DNA of 39,071 bases, taken from positions 1-39,071 of the forward strand of contig CAXGIQ010000003.1 of the NCBI GenBank assembly GCA_964009845.1, in the 5' to 3' direction. Each line of letters opens with the position of its first letter. The stretch's first letter is position 1. Under the pieces are notes generated by a model, which was given only the letters and a program-made list of their open reading frames with translations, was not told the DNA's origin and ran no database searches. Source of the stretch: an uncultured Flavobacteriales bacterium. Its GTDB lineage: Bacteria; Bacteroidota; Bacteroidia; Flavobacteriales; UBA7312. A program made the translations under genes and the position numbers. This document shows, piece after piece, positions 28,912-38,936 of this stretch.

Positions 28912-30213
28912 ATGTTAATTTATACTCCGGACATAACTAATCGTATTCGGTATATTTTCCAAACCATTTTTGTAGATGTTTGGAATACCCCTTATGAATT
29001 AACAGATGACCTTATTCGTTTCCAGAATCATGATGGGCTAAAACTTAATTATTCTATGAGTAGGTTGGGAGAAGAGTTTTTTGTTGAATGCCATGATTTA
29101 TTGCTAGAAAAAGGAATTTCAGATCAAGAAATACAGTTAACAGAATGGGAGGGTTTGCCTGTTTTTTTTCAGACAAGCTCCTATTCCTCTTTACCTTTTG
29201 ATGTTTTTGCTGCAAGCTTTTATTTATTGTCTAGGTATGAAGAGTATTTGCCTCATATTCGAGATCATTATGAGCGTTTTATGGCTAAAGAAAGTTTGGC
29301 TTTTCAACATGGATTTTTGCAAAAACCATTAGTTAATCTTTGGCTTCAGAAGTTGTTGTTTCTGATTCAGCAAGCTCATCCTGATTTTCAACCTGAGAGA
29401 AGTGAATTTAAGTTTATTTCTACAATAGATATAGACAATGCTTATTGCTATTTAGAAAAAGGATTGGCTAGAACTATAGGAGCATTTGCTCGTTCCCTTT
29501 GGAAAGGAAAAAAAGAAGAAGTGAATGAACGCTGGGAAGTGCTTAGAAAGATACAATCGGATCCCTATGACACTTTTGAGTTGCAATTAGCACTACAAGA
29601 AAAATACGATTTAGAGGTAGTTTATTTTGTATTATTAGCCGATTATGGGTTGAATGATAAAAACATTCCATTTCAAAGCAGGAAATTTCAACTCCTCATC
29701 AAGCATCTTGCGGATCATGCTCAAGTAGGAATACATCCATCTTTTGGCTCAAATAATGATGATGCTAAACTTAAAGAAGAGTGGAAACGACTAAAAAATA
29801 TCATTAAAAGAGAAGTGACTATAAGTAGACAACATTTTCTCAAACTCTCCTTTCCTACAACTTATCGTAATCTTATTGATTTAGGTGTTCAGCACGATTA
29901 TACCATGGGTTATGCTGCTTATCCAGGATTTAGAGCCAGTATTTGCCATCCCTTTTATTTTTACGATTTGGAGTTAGAACAAAGTACATCTTTAAAAGTA
30001 CACCCATTTATAGTGATGGATGCTACCTTTAAATATTATTTAGATTTTACTCCAGAACAAGCATTATCTTTAACTAAAGAGTTAATGCAAGAGGTAAAAA
30101 AAGTCAATGGAACATTCGTTACGCTTTGGCATAATGAAACTTGGAGCGAGCACGGAGCATGGAAAGGCTGGAGTCAATTGTATGAGGATATTGTGAAACT
30201 ATCAAAGTCATGA
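28912..30213 (+). CDS. Polysaccharide deacetylase-like (NodB-fold) protein
   Basis: FAASFYLLSRYEEY, STIDID, VGIHPS, RQHFL, DYTMGY..PGFRAS, LWHNE. Confidence 0.85.
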   Translation: MLIYTPDITNRIRYIFQTIFVDVWNTPYELTDDLIRFQNHDGLKLNYSMSRLGEEFFVECHDLLLEKGISDQEIQLTEWEGLPVFFQTSSYSSLPFDVFAASFYLLSRYEEYLPHIRDHYERFMAKESLAFQHGFLQKPLVNLWLQKLLFLIQQAHPDFQPERSEFKFISTIDIDNAYCYLEKGLARTIGAFARSLWKGKKEEVNERWEVLRKIQSDPYDTFELQLALQEKYDLEVVYFVLLADYGLNDKNIPFQSRKFQLLIKHLADHAQVGIHPSFGSNNDDAKLKEEWKRLKNIIKREVTISRQHFLKLSFPTTYRNLIDLGVQHDYTMGYAAYPGFRASICHPFYFYDLELEQSTSLKVHPFIVMDATFKYYLDFTPEQALSLTKELMQEVKKVNGTFVTLWHNETWSEHGAWKGWSQLYEDIVKLSKS

Positions 30214-31091
30214 TTCATTACATCGAGCATAAGGAGATTAATTTTAAAAAGTGGGACGCTTGTATTTCTAATTCATCTAATCGTTTGATTTATGGATTCT
30301 CTTGGTATCTAGATGTTGTATGTGATGACTGGGATGCTTTGGTGCTCAATGATTATGAAGCAGTATTCCCTTTACCAAAAAGAAAAAAATGGGGGATAGA
30401 ATATATTTATCAGCCTTTTTTTTGTCAGCAATTAGGCGTTTTTTCTAAAGAGGAATTAGATGCTGATTTATTTTTAAATTCAATCCCTGAGAAATTTAAA
30501 TACATCGAACTTAATCTTAATACTAATACTAATACTAAGTACTGTGTTAAGAGGAAAGTAAATCATATACTCTCTTTAAAAGGTTGTATTGATGACCTTT
30601 ATAAAAATTTTTCTAGCAGTCATAAAAAATCGATACAGAAGGCTCAAAAAACTGGAATAAATATTGCCTCAGATTCAATTAAAGATTTCATGTTACAAAA
30701 AGAGATGTTAGCAAAAGGTCACATGGATGTTCATCAGTTTCGGTTACTAAGAAATATAATGAAAACATCTTTATCTAACAGTAATGCAAGGTTTTTTTCA
30801 GCATCCTTAGAGGGTCAGAAGTTAGGTTCTGTTTTTTTGTTAGTTGATAATAAAAGATTGACTTTGTTAACTTCGTATTCAACAAATAAGGGTAGAAAAG
30901 TGGGAGCATTTTTTTTTATCTTTAATCACATTTTATCTCTTTATCAAAAAATGGAATTTACCTTTGATTTTGAAGGATCCAATTTAAGTGGTGTTGCTAA
31001 AAGAAATGAAGGATTCGGAGCAAAAAAAACATATTACTATACAGTTAAGATTAATAGGCTGCCATTTTATTTAAAATGGTTTAAATCATAA
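30210..31091 (+). CDS. GNAT-fold / FemAB-like putative acyltransferase
   Basis: KWDACI, IYGFSWYLDVV, YQPFFCQQLGVF, FDFEGSN..GVA.RNEGFGA. ATGA overlap with the upstream gene. Confidence 0.75.
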   Translation: MIHYIEHKEINFKKWDACISNSSNRLIYGFSWYLDVVCDDWDALVLNDYEAVFPLPKRKKWGIEYIYQPFFCQQLGVFSKEELDADLFLNSIPEKFKYIELNLNTNTNTKYCVKRKVNHILSLKGCIDDLYKNFSSSHKKSIQKAQKTGINIASDSIKDFMLQKEMLAKGHMDVHQFRLLRNIMKTSLSNSNARFFSASLEGQKLGSVFLLVDNKRLTLLTSYSTNKGRKVGAFFFIFNHILSLYQKMEFTFDFEGSNLSGVAKRNEGFGAKKTYYYTVKINRLPFYLKWFKS

Positions 31092-31094
31092 GTT

Positions 31095-31742
31095 ATGTTG
31101 CAAGTGTTGGCTAATCAAAATTCATTAGTTCATAATTTCTTGAAGGAATTACGATCCGTTGTAATACAGAAAGACTCTATGAGGTTTAGACGAAATTTAG
31201 AGCGCATAGGCGAGATTATGGCTTATGAAATTTCTAAAACCTTAGAGTTTAATGAGGAAGAGGTAAATACACCTCTTGGAAAGACAATTTCAAAAGTTGC
31301 AGAAAAGGTTGTTTTAGCAAATGTTTTAAGAGCTGGTTTGCCCTTGCATCAAGGTCTACTCAATTACTTTGATGCTGCTGATAGTGCTTTCGTTTCTGCT
31401 TATCGTAAATATACATCCCAAAATAAGTTAGAGGTTGCAGTAGAATATATAGCTGCCCCATCTATACAAGATAAAGTTATGATTCTATCTGACCCTATGT
31501 TGGCAACAGGTACATCAATATTATTAGCAAGAGAAGCACTTTTAAAGAATGGGGTGCCAAAACATATACATATTGTTTCAGTTGTAGCTAGTCAATATGC
31601 TATAGATCATATACAAGAAGCATTAAAAGGATATTCTTTTACTCTTTGGGTTGGAGCAATTGACTCTGATTTAGATGAGAATTCTTACATAGTACCAGGA
31701 CTGGGAGATGCTGGAGATTTAGCTTTTGGGGTAAAGCTTTGA
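31095..31742 (+). CDS. upp: Uracil phosphoribosyltransferase
   Basis: FRRNLERIG, VLRAGL, DPMLATG, YIVPGLGDAGDLAFG. Confidence 0.95.
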   Translation: MLQVLANQNSLVHNFLKELRSVVIQKDSMRFRRNLERIGEIMAYEISKTLEFNEEEVNTPLGKTISKVAEKVVLANVLRAGLPLHQGLLNYFDAADSAFVSAYRKYTSQNKLEVAVEYIAAPSIQDKVMILSDPMLATGTSILLAREALLKNGVPKHIHIVSVVASQYAIDHIQEALKGYSFTLWVGAIDSDLDENSYIVPGLGDAGDLAFGVKL

Positions 31743-31818
31743 GCGCGTAATATTTATATTGTTTTTGTTTTCTATCTGTTATAAATGTTAGATTTTTACA
31801 TTACCATTTTTTTGAGTA

Positions 31819-32250
31819 ATGAGTTTATATCAGGTATTTATGATAATGTTGATGAGTAGTGTGAAATTTCTACTTGCAATTCCTATAGCTGCTTATCAGT
31901 ATGATTTTTCTCTTTGGGAAACTTTCTTGTTTTCTTCTATTGGAGGTGTGTTAGGGGTCATTGTATTCGCAAAATTTAACCGTTGGATTATCGAGCTTTA
32001 TGATACTTGGATGTCTAATCGTCAAAAGCAAAATTCTAAAAAAGGATTGAAGAAGGTTGTGGCTATCAAAACAATGCGTAAATATGGTCTGTTTGGTATC
32101 GCATTTTTAACTCCTATTTTCTTTTCTATTCCAATAGGTACTTTTATTGCGCTACGCTTTTTCCCAAATAAGAAAAAGACACTTCCTGTTTTAGCGGCCT
32201 CTGTATTTGGATGGTCTTTTGTGCTTTCTGTTGTATTAACCACTCTTTAA
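31819..32250 (+). CDS. Hypothetical membrane protein (small multi-drug export-like)
   Basis: SSVKF, KYGLFGIAFLTP.FFSIPIGT, and 3-4 hydrophobic segments. Confidence 0.7.
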   Translation: MSLYQVFMIMLMSSVKFLLAIPIAAYQYDFSLWETFLFSSIGGVLGVIVFAKFNRWIIELYDTWMSNRQKQNSKKGLKKVVAIKTMRKYGLFGIAFLTPIFFSIPIGTFIALRFFPNKKKTLPVLAASVFGWSFVLSVVLTTL

Positions 32251-32253
32251 CAA

Positions 32254-32946
32254 ATGCAGATAAAACATATTTTTTTCGATTTAGATCGTACGCTTTGGGA
32301 TTTCGAAACCAATGCTTACAAAACACTTTCAGAGCTATATGAGGAGCACGCTCTAAGCAAGAAAGGGATTAGTGATGTTGATGTGTTTATTGATAATTAT
32401 AAAATGCACAACGAACACTTATGGGAGTTATACAGAGATGGTAAAGTTGAGAAGGATGTGTTACGCTCTAGTCGTTTCAAATTAACTTTACAAGATTTTG
32501 GTATAGATGATAGTCGTTTAGCTAGTGAGTTGGGAGATCAATACATTCAGAAATGTCCTTTAAAAAAGAATGTTTTTCCGTTTACTTATGAAGTGCTCGA
32601 TTATTTAAAAGAAAAATATCATCTTCATATTATTACTAATGGTTTTGAGGAGGTTCAGTATGTAAAGCTAGAGCAATCTAAATTACTGCATTATTTCGAG
32701 CAAATTGTTACTTCAGAACAGGTAGGGGTTAAAAAACCTAATCCAGAAATTTTTAGGCATGCTTTAGTGAAAGCTTTTTGTAAGCCTGATGAAAGCGTTA
32801 TGATTGGCGATGATTTACCGGTTGATATACTAGCTGCAAAAGCTATGGGTATGCATCAAGTCTACTTTAATCCTGAAAAAATAGCTCATCAAGAATCTAT
32901 AGATTTTGAGATTAGTTGTTTGAGTCAGTTGCAGGAGCTATTGTAA
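32254..32946 (+). CDS. YjjG-family HAD pyrimidine 5'-nucleotidase
   Basis: FFDLDRTLWDF (motif I), ITNG, KKPNPEIF, MIGDD. Confidence 0.92.
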   Translation: MQIKHIFFDLDRTLWDFETNAYKTLSELYEEHALSKKGISDVDVFIDNYKMHNEHLWELYRDGKVEKDVLRSSRFKLTLQDFGIDDSRLASELGDQYIQKCPLKKNVFPFTYEVLDYLKEKYHLHIITNGFEEVQYVKLEQSKLLHYFEQIVTSEQVGVKKPNPEIFRHALVKAFCKPDESVMIGDDLPVDILAAKAMGMHQVYFNPEKIAHQESIDFEISCLSQLQELL

Positions 32947-34147
32947 AACCTACTTTTTCTAATTCTTCCCAAAATGTTGGATAGGATTTTTTTACCACAT
33001 CTATATTTTCAATGATTAACTTTCCAAAACATAGAGTAAGGGGAGCAAAACTCATAGCCATGCGGTGGTCTTGATGTGTTTTTATAATGGGTATTCCTAT
33101 ATGCTTATTGAAATCTTTTATAAGGATGGAATCTTGACTGATCTTTGTGTTTATACCTAGCTTTCCCAATTCGCTATGTAGTGCTGAAATTCTATTAGTT
33201 TCTTTAATTTTCAAAGTAGATAGTCCCGTTATTTCTAACTGTTGTTGAAGACCAGCATAGGTGCAACATATAGCCTGTGCTAAGTCAGGGGTTTCTATTA
33301 CGTTTAGTTGGATTTTAGGTGTTTGTTTCGGTTCTTTAAAAAGTATTAAATGATTGTTTTTGAATTGATAGTTTACACCTAATTTTAAAAAAATAGATAG
33401 CGCTTTTATATCTCCTTGCCAAGAGTCTCTATAAAGCCCATTTAGTTCAATTTGAGCTTTTTCAGCTAATGCTACTATTTCAAGCCAAAAAGTAACAGCA
33501 CTCCAATCGTTTTCAATACAAATGTTTTTGGCTTGGTATTGTTGTTCTTTTATTTGAATTTTTTGAGAACTCCAATTGGATTCTATCCCAAAATAAGACA
33601 TCATTTTAAGTGTCGTTTCTATATATGATTTAGAAACTAAATTACCTTGAAGATTTATTGTTAATCCTCCAGAGACAGTAGGAGCAATCAGTAATAATGC
33701 TGATATGAATTGACTACTGACAGTACTGTTTACTTGAATAGTTCCTCCTTGAATATTTCCTTTTTGAATATGTAATGGTGGATACCCCTCTTTTTCAAGA
33801 TAAGAAATGTTAGCTCCTAAAGAATTTAGTGCTTCTACTAAGGGAGCGATTGGCCTATCGTGCATGCGTTCACTACCTTTTAAAACCACTTCTTTTTTTT
33901 GAATGCTAAAAAAAGCAGTTAAAAAACGCATGCTTGTTCCAGCATCATCAATATTTATTTTGTTGGAGGAATTTTTTAGAGCTTCTTTTAAAACTTTTGT
34001 GTCTTTTGCTTTGGAAAGATTTGAAATAGAAAAAGCTTCCTTGCAAAGTGCTTGAATGATAAGCGCTCTATTACTTAAACTTTTGGATGCAGGAAGACTG
34101 ACTTTTCCTTTCACAAGCTTGCTCGGGTGTTCAATCAAGTAGTTCAT
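32912..34147 (-). CDS. aroA: 3-phosphoshikimate 1-carboxyvinyltransferase (EPSP synthase)
   Basis: SKSLSNR, AGTSMRF, RMHDRP, SSQFISALL, KETNR, DHRMAM, KSYP. Confidence 0.95.
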   Translation of the reverse strand: MNYLIEHPSKLVKGKVSLPASKSLSNRALIIQALCKEAFSISNLSKAKDTKVLKEALKNSSNKINIDDAGTSMRFLTAFFSIQKKEVVLKGSERMHDRPIAPLVEALNSLGANISYLEKEGYPPLHIQKGNIQGGTIQVNSTVSSQFISALLLIAPTVSGGLTINLQGNLVSKSYIETTLKMMSYFGIESNWSSQKIQIKEQQYQAKNICIENDWSAVTFWLEIVALAEKAQIELNGLYRDSWQGDIKALSIFLKLGVNYQFKNNHLILFKEPKQTPKIQLNVIETPDLAQAICCTYAGLQQQLEITGLSTLKIKETNRISALHSELGKLGINTKISQDSILIKDFNKHIGIPIIKTHQDHRMAMSFAPLTLCFGKLIIENIDVVKKSYPTFWEELEKVGFTIAPATDSNN

Positions 34148-35132
34148 CTACTGTAAATTCTTGATTGATAATACTACTCCCAATACCATTAAGTAAAGTA
34201 AAGATGATTTTTTCTTTACGATTTTTTTTATCGCTTTTCATCCAATCTAAAAGAGCTCTAAGAGGTGGTTGTTTTGGTATTGAAAAAGTGTTTGATATGA
34301 AGGAGGATATTTCTTGTTTCTCTTTCTTATTGATCTTGGAAAGATTGCTCTCTAAAATCATTCCTAAGCTAACAGCTTCACCATGTAAAATAGGCTTTCC
34401 TTGCTTTAAGTAGAAGCTTTCTATGGCATGACCAAAAGTGTGTCCAAAATTTAGTTTTTTTCGATCACCTTTTTCTAATGGATCTTGCATAACAATATTG
34501 TTTTTAATCACCACAGATTGATGAATTACGGATTCCCAATTCATTTTTTCTAGAGGAGTGTTTTTGATTTCTTTCCAATAGTATTTGTCTGCAATGAGGG
34601 CGTGTTTCACCACTTCTGTAAAACCTGACAGTAGTTGATTTTTTGGTAAACTATTTAAGAAAACAGGATTGATAAGTACTGCTTTTGGATTGTTGAATAC
34701 TCCGATTTGATTTTTTAAATATGCAAAATCAATTCCTAATTTCCCGCCTACTGAGGCATCTACCATTGCTAAAAGACTGGTAGGGATTTGTATAAAATCT
34801 ATCCCTCTTTTGTAAGTGCTTGCGGCAAACCCTCCCATATCGCCAATAACACCTCCTCCTAGATTGATGAGTAATGAATTTCTGTCCAAATGATTCGCGC
34901 TTAATGCATTCCAAATGAGCTGACAACCTTCAAGGTTTTTGTGCTCTTCTCCAGAGGGGATTTCTATAAGAATTGCATCAACATTAGTTTCCTCTAAAAA
35001 GATAGGGAGACAGTCTCTTTTTGTGTTTTCATCAACTAAAATTGCTAGTCGGCTATAAGTGCTGAAATCGAATGATTGTAAAGATTCGTTTTCAATAAAA
35101 ATAGAATAATCGTTGGCTTTTACTTCCCTCAT
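34131..35132 (-). CDS. aroB: 3-dehydroquinate synthase
   Basis: GEEHK, LGGGVIGDMGGF, PTSLLAMVDASVGGK, KNQIG, LNFGHTFGHAIE, HGEAV. Start reassigned to ATG 35132 (ATGA overlap with the pafA stop). Confidence 0.96.
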   Translation of the reverse strand: MREVKANDYSIFIENESLQSFDFSTYSRLAILVDENTKRDCLPIFLEETNVDAILIEIPSGEEHKNLEGCQLIWNALSANHLDRNSLLINLGGGVIGDMGGFAASTYKRGIDFIQIPTSLLAMVDASVGGKLGIDFAYLKNQIGVFNNPKAVLINPVFLNSLPKNQLLSGFTEVVKHALIADKYYWKEIKNTPLEKMNWESVIHQSVVIKNNIVMQDPLEKGDRKKLNFGHTFGHAIESFYLKQGKPILHGEAVSLGMILESNLSKINKKEKQEISSFISNTFSIPKQPPLRALLDWMKSDKKNRKEKIIFTLLNGIGSSIINQEFTVDELLD

Positions 35133-36688
35133 TCGGTAATACTTTGAATAGGGTTTCCAGTGCATCCATTTGGAAAGGATATTCCTAAAAGAGTGCAAAC
35201 AGTAGGGGCGATGTCACGAATAAAAACTGCTTCATCAGAGACTCCGTTTTTAATGTTTTTCCCCCAGAATATCAGAGGAACGTGTGTATCATAGCTATAA
35301 CAAGAACCGTGCGTAGTTCCTCTTGGGCTTTTCCACTCAATCCATCCACTTTCTAAATTGATGATAATATCTCCAGATCGTTTTTGACTAAACCCTTTTT
35401 GAACTAGTGCGTGTATTCCATTTTCATATTCGTTATGATGTAACTGACTAGCTGTGAAAGTATTTTTTATTCCTTCAAAAGAAATTAAAAAGTTGGCGCA
35501 GATTATTTCAACATCTTGCTTCTTTAAATTCTTTTGTTGAATCAAATTGTTGTTTAGATAGAATTGTTGGTTGCTGTATCTGTGTATCCATTTTCCTTCA
35601 CCAAATTGTTTTGTAAGGTGTTCTTTTAAACCTGACAAGGCTTCGCTTACATCAAAGTAGCCTGCAGGGATTTTATATTTTTTTAGTTCGTTTGGAACAC
35701 TTACCACACCATGGTCAGAGGTTAAGAAAAGTAATACATTTTCAACTCCAATATTTTTTTCTAAAGTTTTTAAGAAATCAGAAATATCATTATCCAAGCG
35801 GATATATGTGTCAATTAATTCTTCAGCATGTGGGCCATATTGATGCCCAACGTAATCTGAAGAAGAAAAACTGACACTAAAGAAGTCGGTATTAGTTCCT
35901 TGTCCCAGCTTTTCTTGAACTATTATTTCATGAGCAAGATCCTTTAAAATAGTATTTCCAAATGGTGTTGATTTAATTACATTTGGTCCATTTTCAGCAG
36001 TTAAAGAGTCTAAATCGTAACTAAAGTTTTCTCCTTCCCATTTTCCTTTCAAATAATCGCTAACAGTATTTGTTTTTTGATAGTTAAGCATCCATTCAGG
36101 AAGTGATTCCATATAGTAGCTGCTTGAAATCCATTCGCCATTAGTATTCATCCAATAAGCAGCATCACCCATATGTCCGGCTGGTAAAATAGCACCTCTA
36201 TCTTTTAAGCTAATACCTATTACTTTAGAAGCATTATTAAACAATTGAAGTTCATCTCCAATAGTAGTGGTAAGCATACGGTGAGGCGACATTTGACCAT
36301 CATTAGCTAAGACATCCGTAGCATGATTTTCACAATTACATATGGTTTTCATATCTCCATCCCCAGCACAATAAACAGAGGTTTGGGTGTATTTATCGTA
36401 CCAACTATTTCCTATAATTCCATGTACAGCAGGGGTTGTTCCTGTAAAAATACTTGCGTGCCCAGGACCTGTGTAAGTTGGCATATACCCGAAATTAGTA
36501 TTACGAAAAAAATAACCTTCATCTACTAATTTTTTAAATCCATTATCACTAAAGTCATCCCAAAATCGATAGATGTAATCATAACGCATTTGATCAACTA
36601 CAATGGCGATAACTAGTTTTGGTTTGTCTTGCGAATAAGAATTAAATGCAAGAGCTAATAGGAGTGTTGTGAGAACTATTTTTTTCAT
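35129..36688 (-). CDS. pafA: Alkaline phosphatase PafA family
   Basis: Signal peptide, VVDQMR, PTYTGPGH (Thr nucleophile), SLKDR, DYVGHQYGP, TSDHG, GTTHG, YDTHVP. Confidence 0.9.
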   Translation of the reverse strand: MKKIVLTTLLLALAFNSYSQDKPKLVIAIVVDQMRYDYIYRFWDDFSDNGFKKLVDEGYFFRNTNFGYMPTYTGPGHASIFTGTTPAVHGIIGNSWYDKYTQTSVYCAGDGDMKTICNCENHATDVLANDGQMSPHRMLTTTIGDELQLFNNASKVIGISLKDRGAILPAGHMGDAAYWMNTNGEWISSSYYMESLPEWMLNYQKTNTVSDYLKGKWEGENFSYDLDSLTAENGPNVIKSTPFGNTILKDLAHEIIVQEKLGQGTNTDFFSVSFSSSDYVGHQYGPHAEELIDTYIRLDNDISDFLKTLEKNIGVENVLLFLTSDHGVVSVPNELKKYKIPAGYFDVSEALSGLKEHLTKQFGEGKWIHRYSNQQFYLNNNLIQQKNLKKQDVEIICANFLISFEGIKNTFTASQLHHNEYENGIHALVQKGFSQKRSGDIIINLESGWIEWKSPRGTTHGSCYSYDTHVPLIFWGKNIKNGVSDEAVFIRDIAPTVCTLLGISFPNGCTGNPIQSITE

Positions 36689-36834
36689 TTGCTATTTTTA
36701 AAAAGATAAATAACTACGGAAAGCATTGCGGCAACTAGCACATCAGCAATTGGTGGTACACTTGGCCATCCGTAGTTCCAAATACACACTAGCGCTAGCC
36801 AAATAAACCAGGTTTTATCGAACAAATTTTTCAC
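36685..36834 (-). CDS. Uncalled 49-aa membrane microprotein
   Basis: GTG 36834 gives [49 protein letters not shown]. It fills the PAP2-pafA gap exactly, and its TGA overlaps the pafA ATG (ATGA). Confidence 0.72.
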   Translation of the reverse strand: MKNLFDKTWFIWLALVCIWNYGWPSVPPIADVLVAAMLSVVIYLFKNSK

Positions 36835-37369
36835 GAAATAGCTGATACAAATTGAACATCACCAAAGCTACAAAAGTTCCCCAAAGCATACCACCTATAA
36901 TATCTAAAGGATAGTGTACACCTACATATACTCGGCTGTAAGCAACTAATGCAGCCCATAAAAAAAGTCCAATAAACCATTTTTTGTTTCCTAGCACCTT
37001 TCCTAAAAAGATGGCTAAAGCAAAAGCATTTGATGCATGTGAGGAAACAAATCCGAATTGACCGCCACAGCGCTCTGTTACAAGTCGGACTTGCTCTAAA
37101 ACATGGCAAGGGCGTAATCGCTCAAATACATTCTTAAAGAGATGAACACTACCTTGATCGGCTATGGTAATGAGCAGAACAATGCTTAACAATATCCAAA
37201 AACCTTCTTTCCCTTTTTGTTTAAAAATAAGGTAAATTAAAAAAGCGTAAAAAGGAATCCAAGAAAATTTATGGGTGATGAACAACATGATTGGATCCAA
37301 AAAATCTATTCCTGACTGATTGATGAGTAGGAAGTATTTTTCATCCAATGCAAGTAGTGTGTCTATCAT
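36815..37369 (-). CDS. PAP2-family phosphatase (undecaprenyl-PP / lipid phosphatase-like)
   Basis: KNVFERLRP (motif 1), FVSSHA (motif 2), [12 protein letters not shown] (motif 3). Confidence 0.92.
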   Translation of the reverse strand: MIDTLLALDEKYFLLINQSGIDFLDPIMLFITHKFSWIPFYAFLIYLIFKQKGKEGFWILLSIVLLITIADQGSVHLFKNVFERLRPCHVLEQVRLVTERCGGQFGFVSSHASNAFALAIFLGKVLGNKKWFIGLFLWAALVAYSRVYVGVHYPLDIIGGMLWGTFVALVMFNLYQLFREKFVR

Positions 37370-38364
37370 TTATTCATGTTATGCCAAAGAGCATCCTTCA
37401 GTTTGGTTAAACCTTGTTGTGCAACTGAAGAAATAAATAAGCAGTCGATATCTTCTGGAAGCTCGGCTTTCATTTCTTCTTTAAGTTCTTCATCCAACAT
37501 ATCCGATTTACTGATAGCAAGCATGCGATCTTTATCGAGTAGTTCTGGGTTGTATTTTTCTAATTCTCCTAAAAGAATTTCATATTCCTTTTTGATATTA
37601 TCACTATCAGCAGGAACCATAAATAAGAGGGTTGAGTTTCGTTCAATATGGCGTAAAAATCGTAGACCTAACCCTCTTCCTTCGGCAGCTCCTTCAATTA
37701 TTCCGGGTATGTCTGCCATGATGAATGATTTGTGATCTCTATAAGAGACAATTCCTAGGTTGGGTACTAATGTGGTGAAAGGGTAATTGGCAATTTCTGG
37801 TTTTGCAGCCGAAACCACTGAAAGCAAGGTGGATTTTCCTGCATTTGGAAATCCTACCAATCCAACATCTGCTAAAACTTTTAGTTCTAAGATGAACCAA
37901 CCTTCCTTGCTTGGAATACCAGGTTGAGCATAGCGTGGTGTTTGGTTGGTTGGAGATTTAAAGTGTACATTTCCTCTTCCTCCTTTACCACCTTCCAACA
38001 TGATTTGTTCTTCGCCATGCGTTGTGATTTCAAAAAGCACTTCACCTGTTTCAGCATCTTTGGCAACAGTTCCTAAAGGAACTTCCAGGATTCTGCTTTC
38101 GCCATCCTTTCCAATTTTATTATTACCACTTCCAGCACCACCATGTTCAGCGAAAATGTGTTTTTGATACTTGAGGTGAAGCAATGTCCACATTTGCTCA
38201 TTGCCTTTTATAATGATGTGTCCGCCTCGACCTCCATCTCCACCATCAGGACCTCCTTTTGCTGTTGTTCTATCTCTTAAAAGATGAACAGAGCCAGCGC
38301 CTCCTTTACCAGAGCGGCAAAAGATTTTGACATAATCAACAAAATTTGAGTTTTTAACCTTCAT
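37366..38364 (-). CDS. obgE: GTPase Obg/CgtA
   Basis: [51 protein letters not shown]. Confidence 0.97.
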   Translation of the reverse strand: MKVKNSNFVDYVKIFCRSGKGGAGSVHLLRDRTTAKGGPDGGDGGRGGHIIIKGNEQMWTLLHLKYQKHIFAEHGGAGSGNNKIGKDGESRILEVPLGTVAKDAETGEVLFEITTHGEEQIMLEGGKGGRGNVHFKSPTNQTPRYAQPGIPSKEGWFILELKVLADVGLVGFPNAGKSTLLSVVSAAKPEIANYPFTTLVPNLGIVSYRDHKSFIMADIPGIIEGAAEGRGLGLRFLRHIERNSTLLFMVPADSDNIKKEYEILLGELEKYNPELLDKDRMLAISKSDMLDEELKEEMKAELPEDIDCLFISSVAQQGLTKLKDALWHNMNK

Positions 38365-38936
38365 TATAGGTTATCAATAGCAGTGCATAGTTTTTGGTTG
38401 ATTTCTTCAATCGAACCAACACCTTCAATCTCTTGAAGCTTGTTTTGCGCTCCGTAAAATTCTTTTAACGGTAGTGTTTTGTTGTTGTATTCTTTGATTC
38501 GGTTGCGAATGATGCTCTCATCTTGATCATCAGCTCTACCGCTATCTTTTCCTCTTAGTAATAATCTTTTGGTTAATTCTTCTTCATCAACCTCTAAAGA
38601 AACCATGCCAGAAATTGCTGTGTTTAATTCTGCTAGCAAAGTGTCTAAAGCTTCTGCTTGAGCTGTTGTTCTTGGAAAACCATCGAAGATAAACCCTTTT
38701 GCATCCGGATTGTTTTCTAATTTCGATTTAATCATTCCAATCACTACAGAATCAGGCACTAAATCGCCTTTATCCATTAACGATTTTGCTTCTAGCCCTA
38801 ATGCTGTTCCAGCAGCAATTTCTCCTCTTAAGATGTCTCCTGTAGAAAGGTGCACTAAGTTGTATTTATCAATTAAAAGTGCAGATTGGGTTCCTTTTCC
38901 TGAACCTGGAGGGCCGAACAATACTAAATTCAACAT
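38364..38936 (-). CDS. adk: Adenylate kinase (short LID)
   Basis: [31 protein letters not shown]. Confidence 0.96.
   Translation of the reverse strand: MLNLVLFGPPGSGKGTQSALLIDKYNLVHLSTGDILRGEIAAGTALGLEAKSLMDKGDLVPDSVVIGMIKSKLENNPDAKGFIFDGFPRTTAQAEALDTLLAELNTAISGMVSLEVDEEELTKRLLLRGKDSGRADDQDESIIRNRIKEYNNKTLPLKEFYGAQNKLQEIEGVGSIEEINQKLCTAIDNL

Noticed and set aside
30519-30536. AATACT x3 tandem repeat (N-T-N-T-N-T)
   Set aside because: Three in-frame copies in AT-rich DNA are too short to suggest phase variation.
31743-31818. 76-bp spacer after upp checked for another gene relic
   Set aside because: No recognisable peptide in the frames I read and no clear hairpin.
30210-35132. Visibly more AT-rich genes (GNAT-like, aroA, aroB) as a possible horizontally acquired island
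   Set aside because: These are core genes with tight operon coupling and no mobility genes or boundary repeats. Composition was judged by eye only and fits weakly expressed native genes.
6263-36688. Gln immediately after predicted signal peptides in NamZ, the OMP, DUF1573, DUF481, the esterase and PafA
   Set aside because: This is the known Bacteroidota pattern (N-terminal pyroglutamate). It helps with taxonomy but is not novel.
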